Shown: positions 35,621 through 48,835 of the stretch, piece by piece
Layout: every line of letters begins with the position of its first letter
How positions within the stretch are numbered: the first letter of the stretch is position 1
NCBI RefSeq assembly: GCF_006345805.1
Contig: NC_043012.1
Span: 44,702,001-44,766,000 of the forward strand
Source of the DNA: Octopus sinensis
Lineage: Eukaryota
Direction of reading: 5' to 3'
DNA: 64,000 nucleotides
Position numbers and translations under genes: made by a program
Notes under the pieces: model-generated
Told to the model about the DNA's origin: nothing
Database searches by the model: none
The model's input: only the letters and a program-made list of their open reading frames with translations

Positions 35621-36916
35621 GTGAATGAAATTCTCGGAGTTTCGAATCTCGGTTATATATTTTGTGTGGAGCTGTAGTCACGAAAAGAAAAGAATGCTAT
35701 AATACCAGTTTTTCTTGGTATATTTTATTGTGATTTGATGTTTGTTTATGTGTGGTTTTGATATTTTGTATTGTTTGCTTGTATGTGTGTCAGTCTATTT
35801 ATTTTTGCGTTAATCATAAGAATTACGTTCTAACTGCGAATCTCTTGTGTTTTGTACGGAATAATCTTTTTTTATAAGATGGGAGGTGTATTTTCACTTG
35901 TAGCATGCCAAAGGAGTGCACAGAGACTTCTTCGTGGGTCTGCATATATTTATTTGTTATATGATTGACAGTTAAATAATCTACTGTATATATTTTTATT
36001 AACTATACAATCAGTATACATACTGAGGTACTGTGTGTTTTTGGTCAAGTTCAAAGTGCATATGGAAGCTTGGCTGTTGACTTACAAGTGATAACATATG
36101 TTCGTCCCTTATACTCCTAACACTCACCCTCTTTAAGATGTATATCACTTTTGATTTCAAATCTAAATACAGAATCGAAGTTTGAATATAAGGAGTTGTA
36201 AACAAGTTTCTCAAAGATATTGGTTGCGACGGATATTAAAAGAAAATGTCGATCTGGGAACCAAAATTGTGTGATGGATGCAGTTCTTTATGTACATACG
36301 TTCATTATGTGATATTAGCTGCTTTAATAATAACTTTTGAGATGTCTCAATCGATAGGGTGATTTATACGATCCGAGATCCTTAGTCTTTGCTATTACCC
36401 ACTCTTCACAAACGTTTAGCACATCATATGGAAACAAAATCAATATATCCTGTATCCAAATGAAATTTATTTCAGGCCTATAAATCCACACGTCGATTAT
36501 AAAGTATAACTTACCATCTCCAATCGTTTTTCCTTCTCAATGATAACCAGTCTTATCTCCGCGGAGCCAGATTAATAAGAACAATTTTTATACTATTCAC
36601 GTAGCAATGGTATGAATCCAGCGAAAGGAAAATAAGTTTTAAAATGAAAGAAACTTTCGATAACGTGTTTAGCTACGATCTGGACACCGTTATCTAATCA
36701 AACAAAAGAAATTTTATAATAGACGTTTATGTATTTAAATATATTCATAGTTAAGTTTGTGTTAGTATATTTAATGGAGTTTTTGATGCTTTTCGCATTA
36801 ATTATGTTAATACTTACGGAACTTGTCCCCCGCCCCGATGGTATCCGGAGGTCATTTATTTACTTTCTTTATACACTAATCAATGCACAGCCTTGTATAT
36901 ATATGTTTAGGAATTA

Positions 36917-37128
36917 AGGCGGCGAGCTGGCAAAAACGTTAGCACGCCGGGCGAAATGCTTAGCGGTATTTCGTCTGCACTACGTTCTGAGTTCAAATTC
37001 CGCCGAGGTCGATTTTTGCTTTCATCCTTTAGGGGTCGATAAATTAAGTACCAGTTGCGTACTGGAGTCTATCTAAGCGAGTGGCCCCCTCCCCCCAAAT
37101 TTCGGGCATTGTACCTAGATTAGAAGAG
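36917..37128 (+). mobile_element. Full-length SINE family A (tail type 2)
   Basis: AAGGCGGCGAGCTGGC head; tail GGCCCCCTCCCCCCAAATTTCGGGCATTGTACCTAGA. Confidence 0.9.
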
Positions 37129-38910
37129 TATATGCTTAGGAATCATCTTACCATTACTTCGGCTGGTAAGCTGATGTCTACAATCCAGTAAGATTATCAT
37201 AGGACGAAAAATGTCCGAGACAAGTGCAGAAAATATAAAAATATTTGGTAATGGCCAATATCCTTGTTTTATTACTGCATAATTATTTCCAGTTAGATTT
37301 TAAAATCCTTCGTGCATTAACTATCGAAATACTAATTTTACTATTAGCTTTCAGGCGGATGGCGTGTCTGAATTATTTAGAAATAGCCCATACGTCACTA
37401 TCATTGTCTTCCGAAATAGGAATGTGGCAAATGCTTTCTGTTGTTATCTGTTTTATAGATCGGGTATTCTTGTAGTCGAGACAATTAGTATGTGGGTATT
37501 TAAGGTACCCCACTTCAAACTCTAGAAGAAATCAACGCAAGTGAAATTCAAAGCACTTCACTTTATTGGTGCTAATAAGATTATAAAGCAGTGTAAGTAA
37601 GAAAGGACGGGATTTAAAAGAAAATATTCAAGATGATACTGTTATCTTTTATTTATATATTCTTTACTAAATTTACTTAAAATCAAAGTTGAAATATTTT
37701 TTACACATGAAGTAAATATAGCTATCTTGAACGTCTTAAAAGAAATAGTTTTCTATAAGCATATATATTAATAAGGTTAATAACAGTTATAGCTGTATTG
37801 ACCTAGTTGACTCTAAATTCGGGGCAAAATGAATCAAACCGGTTTCATATTACGGCTTTAGTCTTCAAGAAATATCAAATGATTTTTCTTAATATATTTT
37901 TGTTATACTTTTCGTGAAAAAATTTTTTTTTTTAAAGAAGTAAGTAGTAGTAATATAAAAATGATAAATCGTCTTATGAATAACTCTTCTGAATATGAAT
38001 GAATGCTTGGATGAACGAATAATTTCACTCTTTTCAAATGTTCGGTTGAAACGAATTCGATTTTGTATTTTTTTTATATATCGTATGCATCTTAAAAAAG
38101 TTTGAGAAGTGAACTAGTATATTTGAAGATTAAAACATCATGGCTGCTCAACCACAAATACAACAACAACAACAACAACATTATATACATCCAAACCATT
38201 ACTGAAACTGTCCACTTTACAGCCGAGTACTATTGTATTATTCATGTAATATCATTCATATAAGCTAAAGGCTCAAGTACTTTTTTCAACTTTTTTCTCT
38301 CGACTAGAAAGTTCTGTGAGCTTGTAATATCAAAATTGAATAGTTCTGATGAACGATTTCAATATTTTTTAATGAAAAAGTTTATGTATTTAATCTCTCC
38401 CCTTCCTCCCACTCTCTAATCACGTTCTCTTCTTCTCTTTGTATTATCCTCTCAGTCTATTTCGGTAAAGATCAAATATGGTTCCAATAATAGAGCCTAT
38501 GTTATTGATGCCTTCGCAATAACACCTTTAAAAAAAAAGTGACAGACATTTTGCCTCTCTATTATTATCATCATCGTCATCGATATCATCGTCACCACCA
38601 CCACCACCACCACTGCCACCACCACCACCACTGCCACTACTACCACTCTAGTAATCCTATTATTATTGAGAGCTTTTTCACTGCATAACTGATGCTTTGT
38701 CTTGTTTTTTATGTTTCTATTATATTAAAATTATTCGAAGTAATATGTATGTATTTTCTACGATGTTGTATATGTATATAAGTGATGGCTTTTGTTTATA
38801 TATTCGTCTGCATCATTTTATTATCAAACAACTATGGTTGTTAGACTTATTTTTGTTTTCCGCCGCCCCAGTTAGGCTATCAACAATTCTTTGGTTTTAA
38901 ATCACAGAAA

Positions 38911-38953
<43 letters not shown>

Positions 38954-38955
38954 TC

Positions 38956-39275
38956 AGGCGGCAAGCTGGAAAAATCGTTAGCACATCGGGCATAATGTTT
39001 AGCAGTATTTCGACCGACTTTATGTTCACATTCAGTCGAGGTGACTTAGCCTTTCATCCTTTCAGGGTCGATAAAATAAATACCAGTTGAGCACTAGAGT
39101 TTGTGTACACGACTACCCCTCCCTGAAATTGTTGGCTTTCTGCCAAACTTTGAAACTATTATAATTATTTAAGGCAGCGAGCTGGCGAAATCGTTAGCAC
39201 ATTGAACATAATTGCCTTGCAGCATTTGGCCCACCATTGCGTTCTTAGTCGAAATTTCGCCGAGGTCGACTTTAT
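38956..39275 (+). mobile_element. Two adjacent SINE family A copies (tail 3 copy plus head-only copy)
   Basis: GGCGGCAAGCTGG..GCCTTTCATCCTTTCAGGGTCGATAAAATAAATACCAG..CTGAAATTGTTGGC..AAACTTTGAAAC; second head at 39170. Confidence 0.8.
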
Positions 39276-39589
39276 TGACATAAAGTCACGTAGCTATCGT
39301 GCTTCGCAAACTCATCAGACAGTAGTATGCTTTTGAGTGAAGCAAATATATTGTCCTTTGGTTTGCTGGTGAGGTAACCATTTCCTGAAAGAGCGAGTCA
39401 ATTTGCAAAGTTTCTCTCTTTTAAGTACTAGAATTTGTTTCAGAAAAAACTATTCAGATTTTCTAAAATTTGTTTTGAAATGTGGACTTTATGTAAACTT
39501 TAGAGCGCCATATAGCAGTGGTATGTTGAATTAGAAAAGCTCTATTCTATTTTAATGTTTTATTATGCTTGTGTATGTATGTGTGTGTG

Positions 39590-39830
39590 ATATCTTTTAT
39601 CTTTTACTTATTTCAGCTATTTGACTGTGGCGATTCTGGGGAACAGCCTTGAAGGGTTTTAGTCAGACAAATCGACCCCAGGACCTATTTTTTAAGCCTA
39701 GTACTTATTCTATTGATCTCCATTGTCGAACTACTAAGTTACAGGGACGTAAAAACATCAACACTGGTTGTCAAACAGTGGTAGGGGGACAAACACAGAC
39801 ACAAAGACACATACACACACAGATGTATAC
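39590..39830 (-). mobile_element. SINE family B, 3' half
   Basis: Reverse complement of the family B tail region. Confidence 0.75.
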
Positions 39831-39842
39831 ATGCATACATAT

Positions 39843-39935
39843 ATCTGTGTTGACTACATCCCAAAAATGAAGCCTTGTTTCTTTGTTGGAAATCGGCTCC
39901 CTCCACAGTGGAAGATTTATAATAATTAAAAAATA
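39843..39935 (+). mobile_element. Isolated 3' UTR of the R4-type family seen at 16185-16690
   Basis: TCTGTGTTGACTACATCCCAAA..TGTTGGAAA..GGAAGATTTATAATAATTAAAAAA matches the reverse complement of 16190-16280. Confidence 0.75.
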
Positions 39936-40011
<76 letters not shown>

Positions 40012-40014
40012 TTT

Positions 40015-41605
40015 ATTTTATTTAGTTTCAGCTCACAAGCTGTGGCCATGCTGGGGCACCGCCATTTGGTGTTACTACATGATTTTACTTCACGAATGCT
40101 TTTTAGCAAATGCCATCTGGTGCATGAGAGAGTTTGATGCAGCTGCCCTCATCTGTACCTCCCGCCGTGAATTTGGTTCATCTGGGACACCTGACAAGAA
40201 GAGATCCAGTTTCATTTTAAAGACATCTGCATCCACCCCATGCAGGTCTCTTAGGTTATTCGGGAGGATATTGAAGAGCTGTGGGCCTCGGAAGCCCAGG
40301 CTATCACAGTATCTTGTCCTACATCTTGATGGCAAATTTGGAGTCCTTGGCACTATGCAGTGGCGCCCAATTCTGGTATTTGTGTAACTCTCGATGCCAA
40401 AGTTTGGGACAAGTCCTTCTAGGATCTTCCAGATGTATACTATGGCATATCTTTCTCGCCTACGCTCTAAGGAATAGAGTCTCAATCTCTTGAGTCTTTC
40501 CCAATAGCTTATATGCTGCACAGAGGCTATCTTCTTCGTGTAGCTTCGTTGGATCGCCTCAAGTTCTGTGATTAACTTGACACTGGATGGTGACCATAGC
40601 TGAGAGCAATAGTCAAAGTGGCTTAGGACAAGTGTCCTCCAGAGGACCATCATGGTTTCCTGGTCTCTTGTTCTAAAGGTTCTAAGAATCCATCCAGTCA
40701 GCCGCCTACATTTCATTGCCAATTTAGCAACATGCACATGAAAGGTTGCATCATCACTCATGTAAATACCCAGGTCTCGCACTGATTGTGCCACTGGGAT
40801 TGCAATCCCTAGGGGTCCAGTGTATATATTGGGTATTGCATTTAGTTTTGCATGCTGATAGTATAAAGCTTGAAACTTTTCAGCATTGAACTGCATGCTA
40901 TTCTTTTCAGCCCACTTGTATATTTTGTCCAGCTCACATTGCAGGTGCTTAGTGTCTTCAGGGTTCTGTATTGCCTGTGAAACTTTTGTATCATCTGCAT
41001 AACTTGTGATCGTGGCTCTCTGCGTGGCTGAGGGCATGTCTGTGAGGGCCATTATGAGCAGTAGTGGTCCCAGAACTGTGCCTTGCGGAACACCGCTCAC
41101 TATATGCGTGTTAATGGCTACTACCACCATTGGCTACTACCACCTGACTTCTATCCTTCAGAAAGTCATGAAGCCATTCTCCCAATTTTCCAACTATGCC
41201 AAGATCACGCAGTTTGTGGCATATCATTCCATGATCAACTTTATCAAAGGCCTTTGCAAAGTCGAGATATATGACTTCCACATGTGAGTGGTTGAGCAGT
41301 CGTTTCAGCACCCAGTCATAGTGTTGTAGGAGCTGAGTTAAGCAGCTTCTTCCTGGTCGGAAACCATGTTGGGTGTCAGACAGCAAGTCATTTTCTTCAA
41401 GGAAGGTGATTAGTTTCCTTCTGACTATTCGTTCCATGACCTTGCTGATGTGTGAGGTCAGAGAGATAGGTTTGTAGTTCTTGGCCTCCGCTCTGCTACC
41501 TCCTTTATGAATAGGGCATATTTTACCTTCCTTCAGTTTTCTTGGAAGTTTGCCAGTTGCAAGGAAGCTCTGAAAGAGGAACTGCAGTGGTCTTGCTGTA
41601 ATCAA
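40015..41605 (-). mobile_element. Young 5'-truncated CR1-group LINE
   Basis: RT split by one frameshift near 41120; short 3' UTR ending (TAAAA)n; flanked by (TA)n. Confidence 0.93.
40090..41605 (-). pseudogene. Reverse transcriptase (CR1-group ORF2 C-terminal half), one frameshift
   Basis: NYKPISLTSHISKVMERIV, QHGFRPGRSC, YLDFAKAFDKVDH, SGVPQGTVLGPLL, YADDTK, RDLGI, LYSLERRRER. Confidence 0.93.
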
Positions 41606-41802
41606 TCATCGCTGCCTCTAAATATATATAAGTACACATACATACATATATATATACACATATATATACAGACATTTATATATACATACATATATATATG
41701 TACATAAATATATATACATAAATATATATATATATATATACATACATACATATATACATATATATATACATACATACATATATACATATATATACATATA
41801 CA

Positions 41803-41838
<36 letters not shown>

Positions 41839-41852
41839 GGCATACTACATAC

Positions 41853-41932
<80 letters not shown>

Positions 41933-43019
41933 ACATACACATGCATACATATATATATATATAATCATATGAAAGGGAAATGGAAATTTATAGAAATTTT
42001 CATTTCCAGTGGCCTAGCGTGTAAAAATTTAGTCCTATTACTCATAAAATACAGTGTACATTTAAACACATAAGGAATCCACTCGTGGGATTCAACATGC
42101 TAGAAAGAACAGCTAGGTTCTATAATCATATGATTATCAGGAGGGTTCTAAACATTTGAAAGACTGCTGAAAACTTGTGGATACCTAAGGTTACAAGTAG
42201 TAACCCGCTATACACATAATACCTACATGTTATTCACGTTATTCCTACTAGGAATAAGACTGAACCCGAGCCAAAGAAAAATAATAATAAGAAAAATATA
42301 TATACATATATGCATAGAATTTTGTATGGGAAGATATATTTCTATGCTGTTCTGATTTAACGATAAAAAGTCAGCTAATTTAAACCCTGTAGTCAATGAT
42401 GATTGTTATTTATCTCATACACTGAAGTCCACATCGATAATACATTATACATAAAATTCACGGAAAATCTATATCATAATACGCTTATGATGAACGGTGT
42501 AGTTATCTTAGTTCCTCTATAATACTCACAAGAAGACAAAACGAAACAAAAGAACTTTTAATACAAAAAGAAAACACTTTATAAAAGTTTGAATCAACTT
42601 AAAATCATATATTTTTTTACAGAATTATCGTCATCTTTAAAATTTAAATTTCACCTTGAATTTATCTATTTTGTTAGTGGCTAAAATATTTTTAACTTCC
42701 AAAACCTAAGGGTGAATATGAATTGGTGAAAGAAAAGAAATAAAAATGTTAAACAATGTTGTCCGTGATAAGAATTAATTTTAATAAAAAAGTGTCTGTG
42801 TGTTGAATTATTATTTTAAATTAAATAAAAAGGGAAAAAAATTAAAATTAAATTTTTGTTAAATGATTTGTCTTTTGAGAGCATAATTACTGCAGTTAAG
42901 CGATAATTATGTTGATGCTGCGAATGATGATAACGATATTGATGATGATGATAATAATGAATATAGCGAGGGAAGAAAATAACAATGATTACAACAGCAT
43001 CTGTAGAATAGGAACAAAA

Positions 43020-43054
<35 letters not shown>

Positions 43055-43083
43055 TATTATTATTATTGTTGTTGCTGTTGTTG

Positions 43084-43157
<74 letters not shown>

Positions 43158-43169
43158 TGTGTCTGGAGC

Positions 43170-44990
43170 AAGAGGACGCGTTTTCGTGGCTCGTAAGTCA
43201 TTCGTTAAAACTTGTTTTAATAGTTGGTATTCCTAGTTTTGTTGAACTTTAAACTAAATAACCCAACTTGTTACAAGCGGGGCGAGCTACTGTGGTTGGA
43301 ATCCGCCCTTTAAGGGTGGATTATGAGACTTAAAATTGTAAATTTAATATTTTAAAACAAAAATATCAATATGGCTTCGCAAATCGAGCGAAGTGACAAC
43401 CGCTAGAACAACTGCTATGACGTTGCTGTCCCACCACTAGTTGATGTGGTCGAGAAACGAAGTAAAAACAGCAGCAGCAACGGCAGCAACAACAATAACA
43501 ACACCACTACCACCACCAGAACTACCACAGCTATCACCATCACAAAATCATTAATAAAACGACACCAGCAGCCATTCTTTTTTCCTAGCAGAATGGAGAC
43601 AGTTTTTCACAGCTTGTCGGAAATAGGAAAAAGTCGTGTTGAGTGACGTTAAGCAGCACTTAACAAAGAATGGTAGAAAAGTCTTCCTTAACACACTAGA
43701 GTAAGTGCAAGAAGACACTAACCCACCCTAGTAAATAGCAGTAAAGACGAGGAGACTAGAGTGAGCGATGCAGGCACAGATCAAAAAATGCCTGAGATTG
43801 GCCTGGGGTTTAAAAACTTATGTCACCTGTGGGAAACATTGTGGCACAGCTGAAGTAAGATTCTCAACTGAAGAGTTAAGTAATGATAAAGCCACACCAA
43901 CCCTTAAAAGTGAGGAATTATGGCTAATTCAGACATACTTCGGTCGAAAGGTTGTCAAAATAAAGGTTGCGGAGATGTCACCAGTGTTGACATCTCTTTG
44001 CTAGTAGCAACCGTATTATACGGTATAAAGGACAAAATAAAAAAAATTTTGGATATCTACGAAAAGGAAAAGAAGAATTCGTGAGATATGGGCATGAAAC
44101 TGCTGTTATACGCCGATCTGACCAGTATCGAAGCCATCGATGACCTGATCAACCTACCTAATAGAACACAGTTATCTGTAGCAGTGGAAGGTAGAAAACC
44201 GAGATGGCAAATTTGTGACAAAAGAAATCATTTAAAGAAAAAAACTCACAGCTTCAGACACCCCAACACAACAACAACAGCAGCAGCAGTACCACCATTA
44301 GCACCACCACCAACAACAACAACACTAACAGAACAGCAGCATCCAAAACAAAAACAGCAACATCAACAGCAAGAGCATCAGGAGAAATCCAATCAACAAT
44401 ATCAACAGGAAGCACCAGAACAACACCCGAGAACAACTATAAAAACATCTACATCATCGCAGCCAAGAGTAGCCTCAATGGCACCAGTCGACTAGATCCC
44501 CAGCTTAGAAATGCGCGACTATGCAGACATAGACCTCCCTCTTGTCACAGATTTTCCCGACTATGAAAACTCGTCTAACGAAGAAGGCAGTCTTGGAAAC
44601 ACACCAAAATGGATCCCAGGGAAAGAAAAAGGAAAAAAATTACAAAATGAAAAGCATGGCGTAAGACTAAAATGAATGAGATTTGAAGAGGAGATACAAA
44701 ATCCATCAAACCATCACACGACCACTCATTCCATACCAACATAATTACAAATATCTCCAACATTACAAACACCACAACAAATGAAAACACATCACAATCC
44801 AAACCAACAAGATGAACAACACCGCCAAAGCATCACTGATTATACGGTCATTGACACAAATAAAAAGAACGTAATAAAACTCATTCAAAAATACACAGAC
44901 AACATTCGAAATGCGACCCCGCATAACTCTCCTATTCACATAAAAAGAAAACAACGCAACAAACTTACAGCGAACTGAAAACAAATTGTT
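43170..44990 (+). mobile_element. L1/Tx1-type 5' region and ORF1 relic
   Basis: GTAEVRFSTEE..TYFGRKVVKIKVAEM and LSVAVEGRKPRWQICDKRNHLKK (degenerate CCHC) align with the ORF1 at 61262-61822; low-complexity C-terminus. Confidence 0.65.
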
Positions 44991-45017
44991 CGGAAGGAAT
45001 GGGAAATTTCCGTGGGT

Positions 45018-45190
45018 TATAAATACAAGGCGCAGGAGTGGCTGTGTGGTAAGTAGCTTGTTTAAAACCTCATGGTTCCCAGTTCAGTCCCATTGCGTGG
45101 CACCTTGGGCAAGTGTCTTCTACTATAGCCTCGGGCCGGCCAAAGCCTTGGGAGTGTATTTGGTAGACAGAAACTGAAAGAAGCCCATCG

Positions 45191-45237
<47 letters not shown>

Positions 45238-45240
45238 GTA

Positions 45241-45296
<56 letters not shown>

Positions 45297-45314
45297 GTAT
45301 ATATATGTATATAT

Positions 45315-45368
<54 letters not shown>

Positions 45369-45565
45369 AGTATGTGTGTTTGTGTGTGTGTGTTTGTCCC
45401 TCACCATCGCTTGACAACCGATGCTGGTGTGTTTACGTCCCCGTAACTTAGTGGTTCGGAAAATAACCGATAGAATAAGTACTAGGCTTACAAAAGAATA
45501 AGATCGACTGAAGGTGGTGCTCCAGCATGGCCGCAGTCAAATAACTGAAACAAATAAATGAATAA
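45018..45565 (+). mobile_element. Full-length SINE family B with expanded internal microsatellite
   Basis: AGGCGCAGGAGTGGCTGTGTGGTAAGTAGC head; tail CTCCAGCATGGCCGCAGTCAAATAACTGAAAC. Confidence 0.92.
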
Positions 45566-45589
45566 AAAGAGGAGTAAAGAAATGCTTGT

Positions 45590-48282
45590 GGACCACCCAC
45601 AAATAATCCGGACAGAACATGTGTCTCTCCTTCTCTTTGACAAATACGGCCTTGCTCAGAATAGGCAGTATAAATGTATATGCTCTGGGATCGCCTTGGA
45701 AACAGGGCCAGCTACTCAGAGACTGGATTAGCGAATTAGTTAAACGGATATTGACGAGATCAATCCTCAGCAACAAGTGGTGATTTGCCCTGTAAAGGGA
45801 AATTAGAACAGAATCGATTAGGGTAATCAAGGCATTAACGACAGAAGAGATAGAAGGCAACTTAGAAATGTAGAAGAGGCGTTTAAGAAAGGCATCGCAA
45901 ACGACGTGCTGGCGGCGAGATTGGCGCTGGTCCAATTCTTCAACGCTAAACACGAAGGATGCATTGTCAGAACTAAGGAACGTTCTTTAAGAAACGAGAG
46001 AACGAAAGTCACTCGACGGGCTGAGTGGCAGAGGACCAACATTGAAACAGAGTTACAATTCAGTCTTTGGTGGATTAAAATAGGCGCACGGTAGTCGAGC
46101 CCGATTAGGTGTGTACGGTATTTCAGCGGTACTTCGCTCAGCTGTTTGAGACGAATGACAGTCCTGAACGCAGGATAGACTTCAGTGCCCACCTCGACGG
46201 CAAGAGAGACGGAACGTTGCGAAATGTTGATAACAGCTGCGGAAATACGGGACGCAATGATAGACTGCATGGGGGTGGGATAAATCATCTGGTTTAGATG
46301 GTCTTGCTCACGAGCTTTACTTTTATGTGCCAAACTTGTTTGACGGCATCTTAGCAGATCTCTACCAGAATTGGCAGCAGAACAGGAGAATTCCCAGTTT
46401 TGTTAGTCGAGGAGCAGTGGTACGGCTGAGAAAGGATCCAAACAAGGGAGATCAAATAGAAAATTTTGGGCCTTTAACGCTGCTGAGCGCAGATTTCAAA
46501 ATTTTGGTCAAGGTGTTATCAAAGAGATTGACGATCTTCGAGAAGCTGATTGGTGATGCGCAAGCATGCGTCATCCCATGTAGAGCCGTCAACGATAACC
46601 TCCACCTCATGCTATTCATTATACACAGAGTGGGTAAAGAAGCTGTGATGGGTGGATCCCTGATCAATTTGGATAAATCTAAAGCCTTCAATAGGGCAAA
46701 CCACCAATACTTTGCAGCCGTTCTCATAGCGATGGTTTCGGTCGCTTTTTCCGTGGTTTGATTGCTGCAATGTACGACATCTGTTCAGTAGTTTGGATGA
46801 ATGATCACTTACCCGTCAAGGGCGTCTCCCCTCGTCTCTTCTGTATGTACTTGCTCTAGAGTCACTGCCGCTGAAACTGGAGATAGTAAGAGGCATCTGC
46901 ACGAACTAAGATGTGGGAGAACAGTGTCGGCATACGCAGACGACGTCACCGTCATTGCGTCGAACACCAAAAAGATAGACTTGGTCGAGACCTAGTAGGA
47001 CTGAGGTGGCGAATGTATACATCGCCTCCGCTATATATTACTGTCTGACCGTCGTGCCTGCCTCACTTTATGTCTGACCAATTTAGAGCGCATACTCTTC
47101 CGCTTTCTGTGAAAGGGACCCTTTGCATTGGTCAGGCCCTGCGTTTGCTATGAACATCCGCTGAATGGAGGGCCGGGAATGTCGTGGCTAATGATGCGCA
47201 GACATGCGCTGAGGCTACATCTCTAGCACTTCCTTGACGATGAGCAGCTGCGGTTGCCGTTGGTCAGGATTCGCTCTTCCACAGCTCGTCTTTTTGACTG
47301 AGATGCAGTTCTGGATAAAACGTAGACTAGGGACTGGGTGCCTGGCACATAAAGTGTTGTCTGGCGCTCACAGCCCTCTCTCAGTCGGGAAGAGCGGTCG
47401 GTAGACGTTCAACTTTGGCGTCCCAGAAAGGGTTAGTGGAGGGCAAGTGTGACGACGTTCTCGGGGAAACTATCGGCTGGTCTGTTCCGGAGGATTTTCG
47501 ATCTGGGGCCTAAGGATGATTTCCAGAAATCCGTTGCCTGGCAATGCTACTTGGAAGCATTACCAGTTTGAGATAACTTCTACAGACATGGACGTACTGT
47601 CAGCCGGGCTTTCCCGAGATGCGCGCTGAGTGACGAAACTGTTCTGCAGGCTTTCGTCCAGTGCCCGAGAATTGCTGACTTGTGGGTTTATGTTGAACAC
47701 CTGTTGTCATGTGTAGGACGGATCCGGCTATCGTCTGACTCCACTGTTCACAGTCCCCACCTCTGTCTTACTATAGTGCCGATCCTTCCACCGTCTCCCT
47801 CTGGACGAGGAGAGCAGGCAGTGTTTCTTTTTCTGGTGGCTTTAACGAAAGAGATTGCGTGGTGAACCAAATTGAAGGGACTGAAGACAAATACTTCCCT
47901 CTTTGGCCGAGCCTTCATCAACTTTTTCAAGTTTCACTTGGAAAAGAAAGTGAGGGTGGAGAGGGAAGTGCTGCTTCCCAGCAATCTTATGAAAAGCTTG
48001 GTGAATGTTGCAAGAATGGTCCGAGTTAACAGGCCTACTCAAAGAACGCACCTGAGGGTTGTAGGAGACTTGCCCTAGTGGTCAAGGAAACCGTAGTGTT
48101 TGTGGGGTCACTATAAGCACCCCGAGGAAATCTCCCTCTTTTGGGGAATTATTCAATCTTATAATTTATGCTACTGTGTTTTTTTTTTACTTATTATACG
48201 TCTTTTATGTAACCTCACATTGTATTGTCTTGTACTGTCCCCAACGCTTTTCTGTGAACCCTTAGTGGTTAATAAAGAAAGA

Positions 48283-48285
<3 letters not shown>
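45590..48285 (+). mobile_element. L1/Tx1-clade ORF2 relic (RT, C-terminal Zn knuckle, 3' end)
   Basis: FGPLTLLSADFKILVKVLSKRL, NLDKSKAFNRANHQY, SAYADDVT, FPRCALSDETVLQAFVQCP (manual); AATAAA at about 48271, then (ATT)n. Confidence 0.9.
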
Positions 48286-48330
<45 letters not shown>

Positions 48331-48534
48331 ATTATTATTATTGATTTTGTTGTTGTTATCGTTGTTGTTTCAGTTAACAAAAATGACAAAATTAATTTCT
48401 TTATTTGCCAGCATAGAATTTCTAACAGAAAACATCAAAAGAAACAAAACCTAAGTTTACACACACACACACACACACACACTCACACACACACACACCA
48501 CACACACACACATCCACCCTACCCCTACACAGAC

Positions 48535-48589
<55 letters not shown>

Positions 48590-48609
48590 TATATGTACAT
48601 ATATGTATA

Positions 48610-48780
48610 TATATATGGGTGCAGGGATGTTTGCGTGGTTAGAAACTCGCTTTGTAGTTTCGAGTCCAGTCTAACTGCTGCACGGTATCTTGGGCAAGTG
48701 TCTTCTACCATAGCCACGGACCGATCCATATCTTGTGAGGTGATTTTGGTCAACGGAAACTGTGTGAAAGTCAGTTGTAT
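48610..48780 (+). mobile_element. SINE family B, 5' half (diverged)
   Basis: GGTTAGAAACTCGC..GAGTCCAGTC..TCTTGGGCAAGTGTCTTCTACCATAGCC..ACGGAAACTG. Confidence 0.75.
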
Positions 48781-48781
48781 G

Positions 48782-48835
<54 letters not shown>

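Noticed and set aside
37830-37872. Minus-strand TTGAAGA...GAAACCGGTT
   Set aside because: The core is mutated and there is no stem II pairing.
45537-46333. 138-aa and 168-aa minus-strand ORFs
   Set aside because: They are antisense to the Tx1 ORF2 relic and carry no independent motifs.
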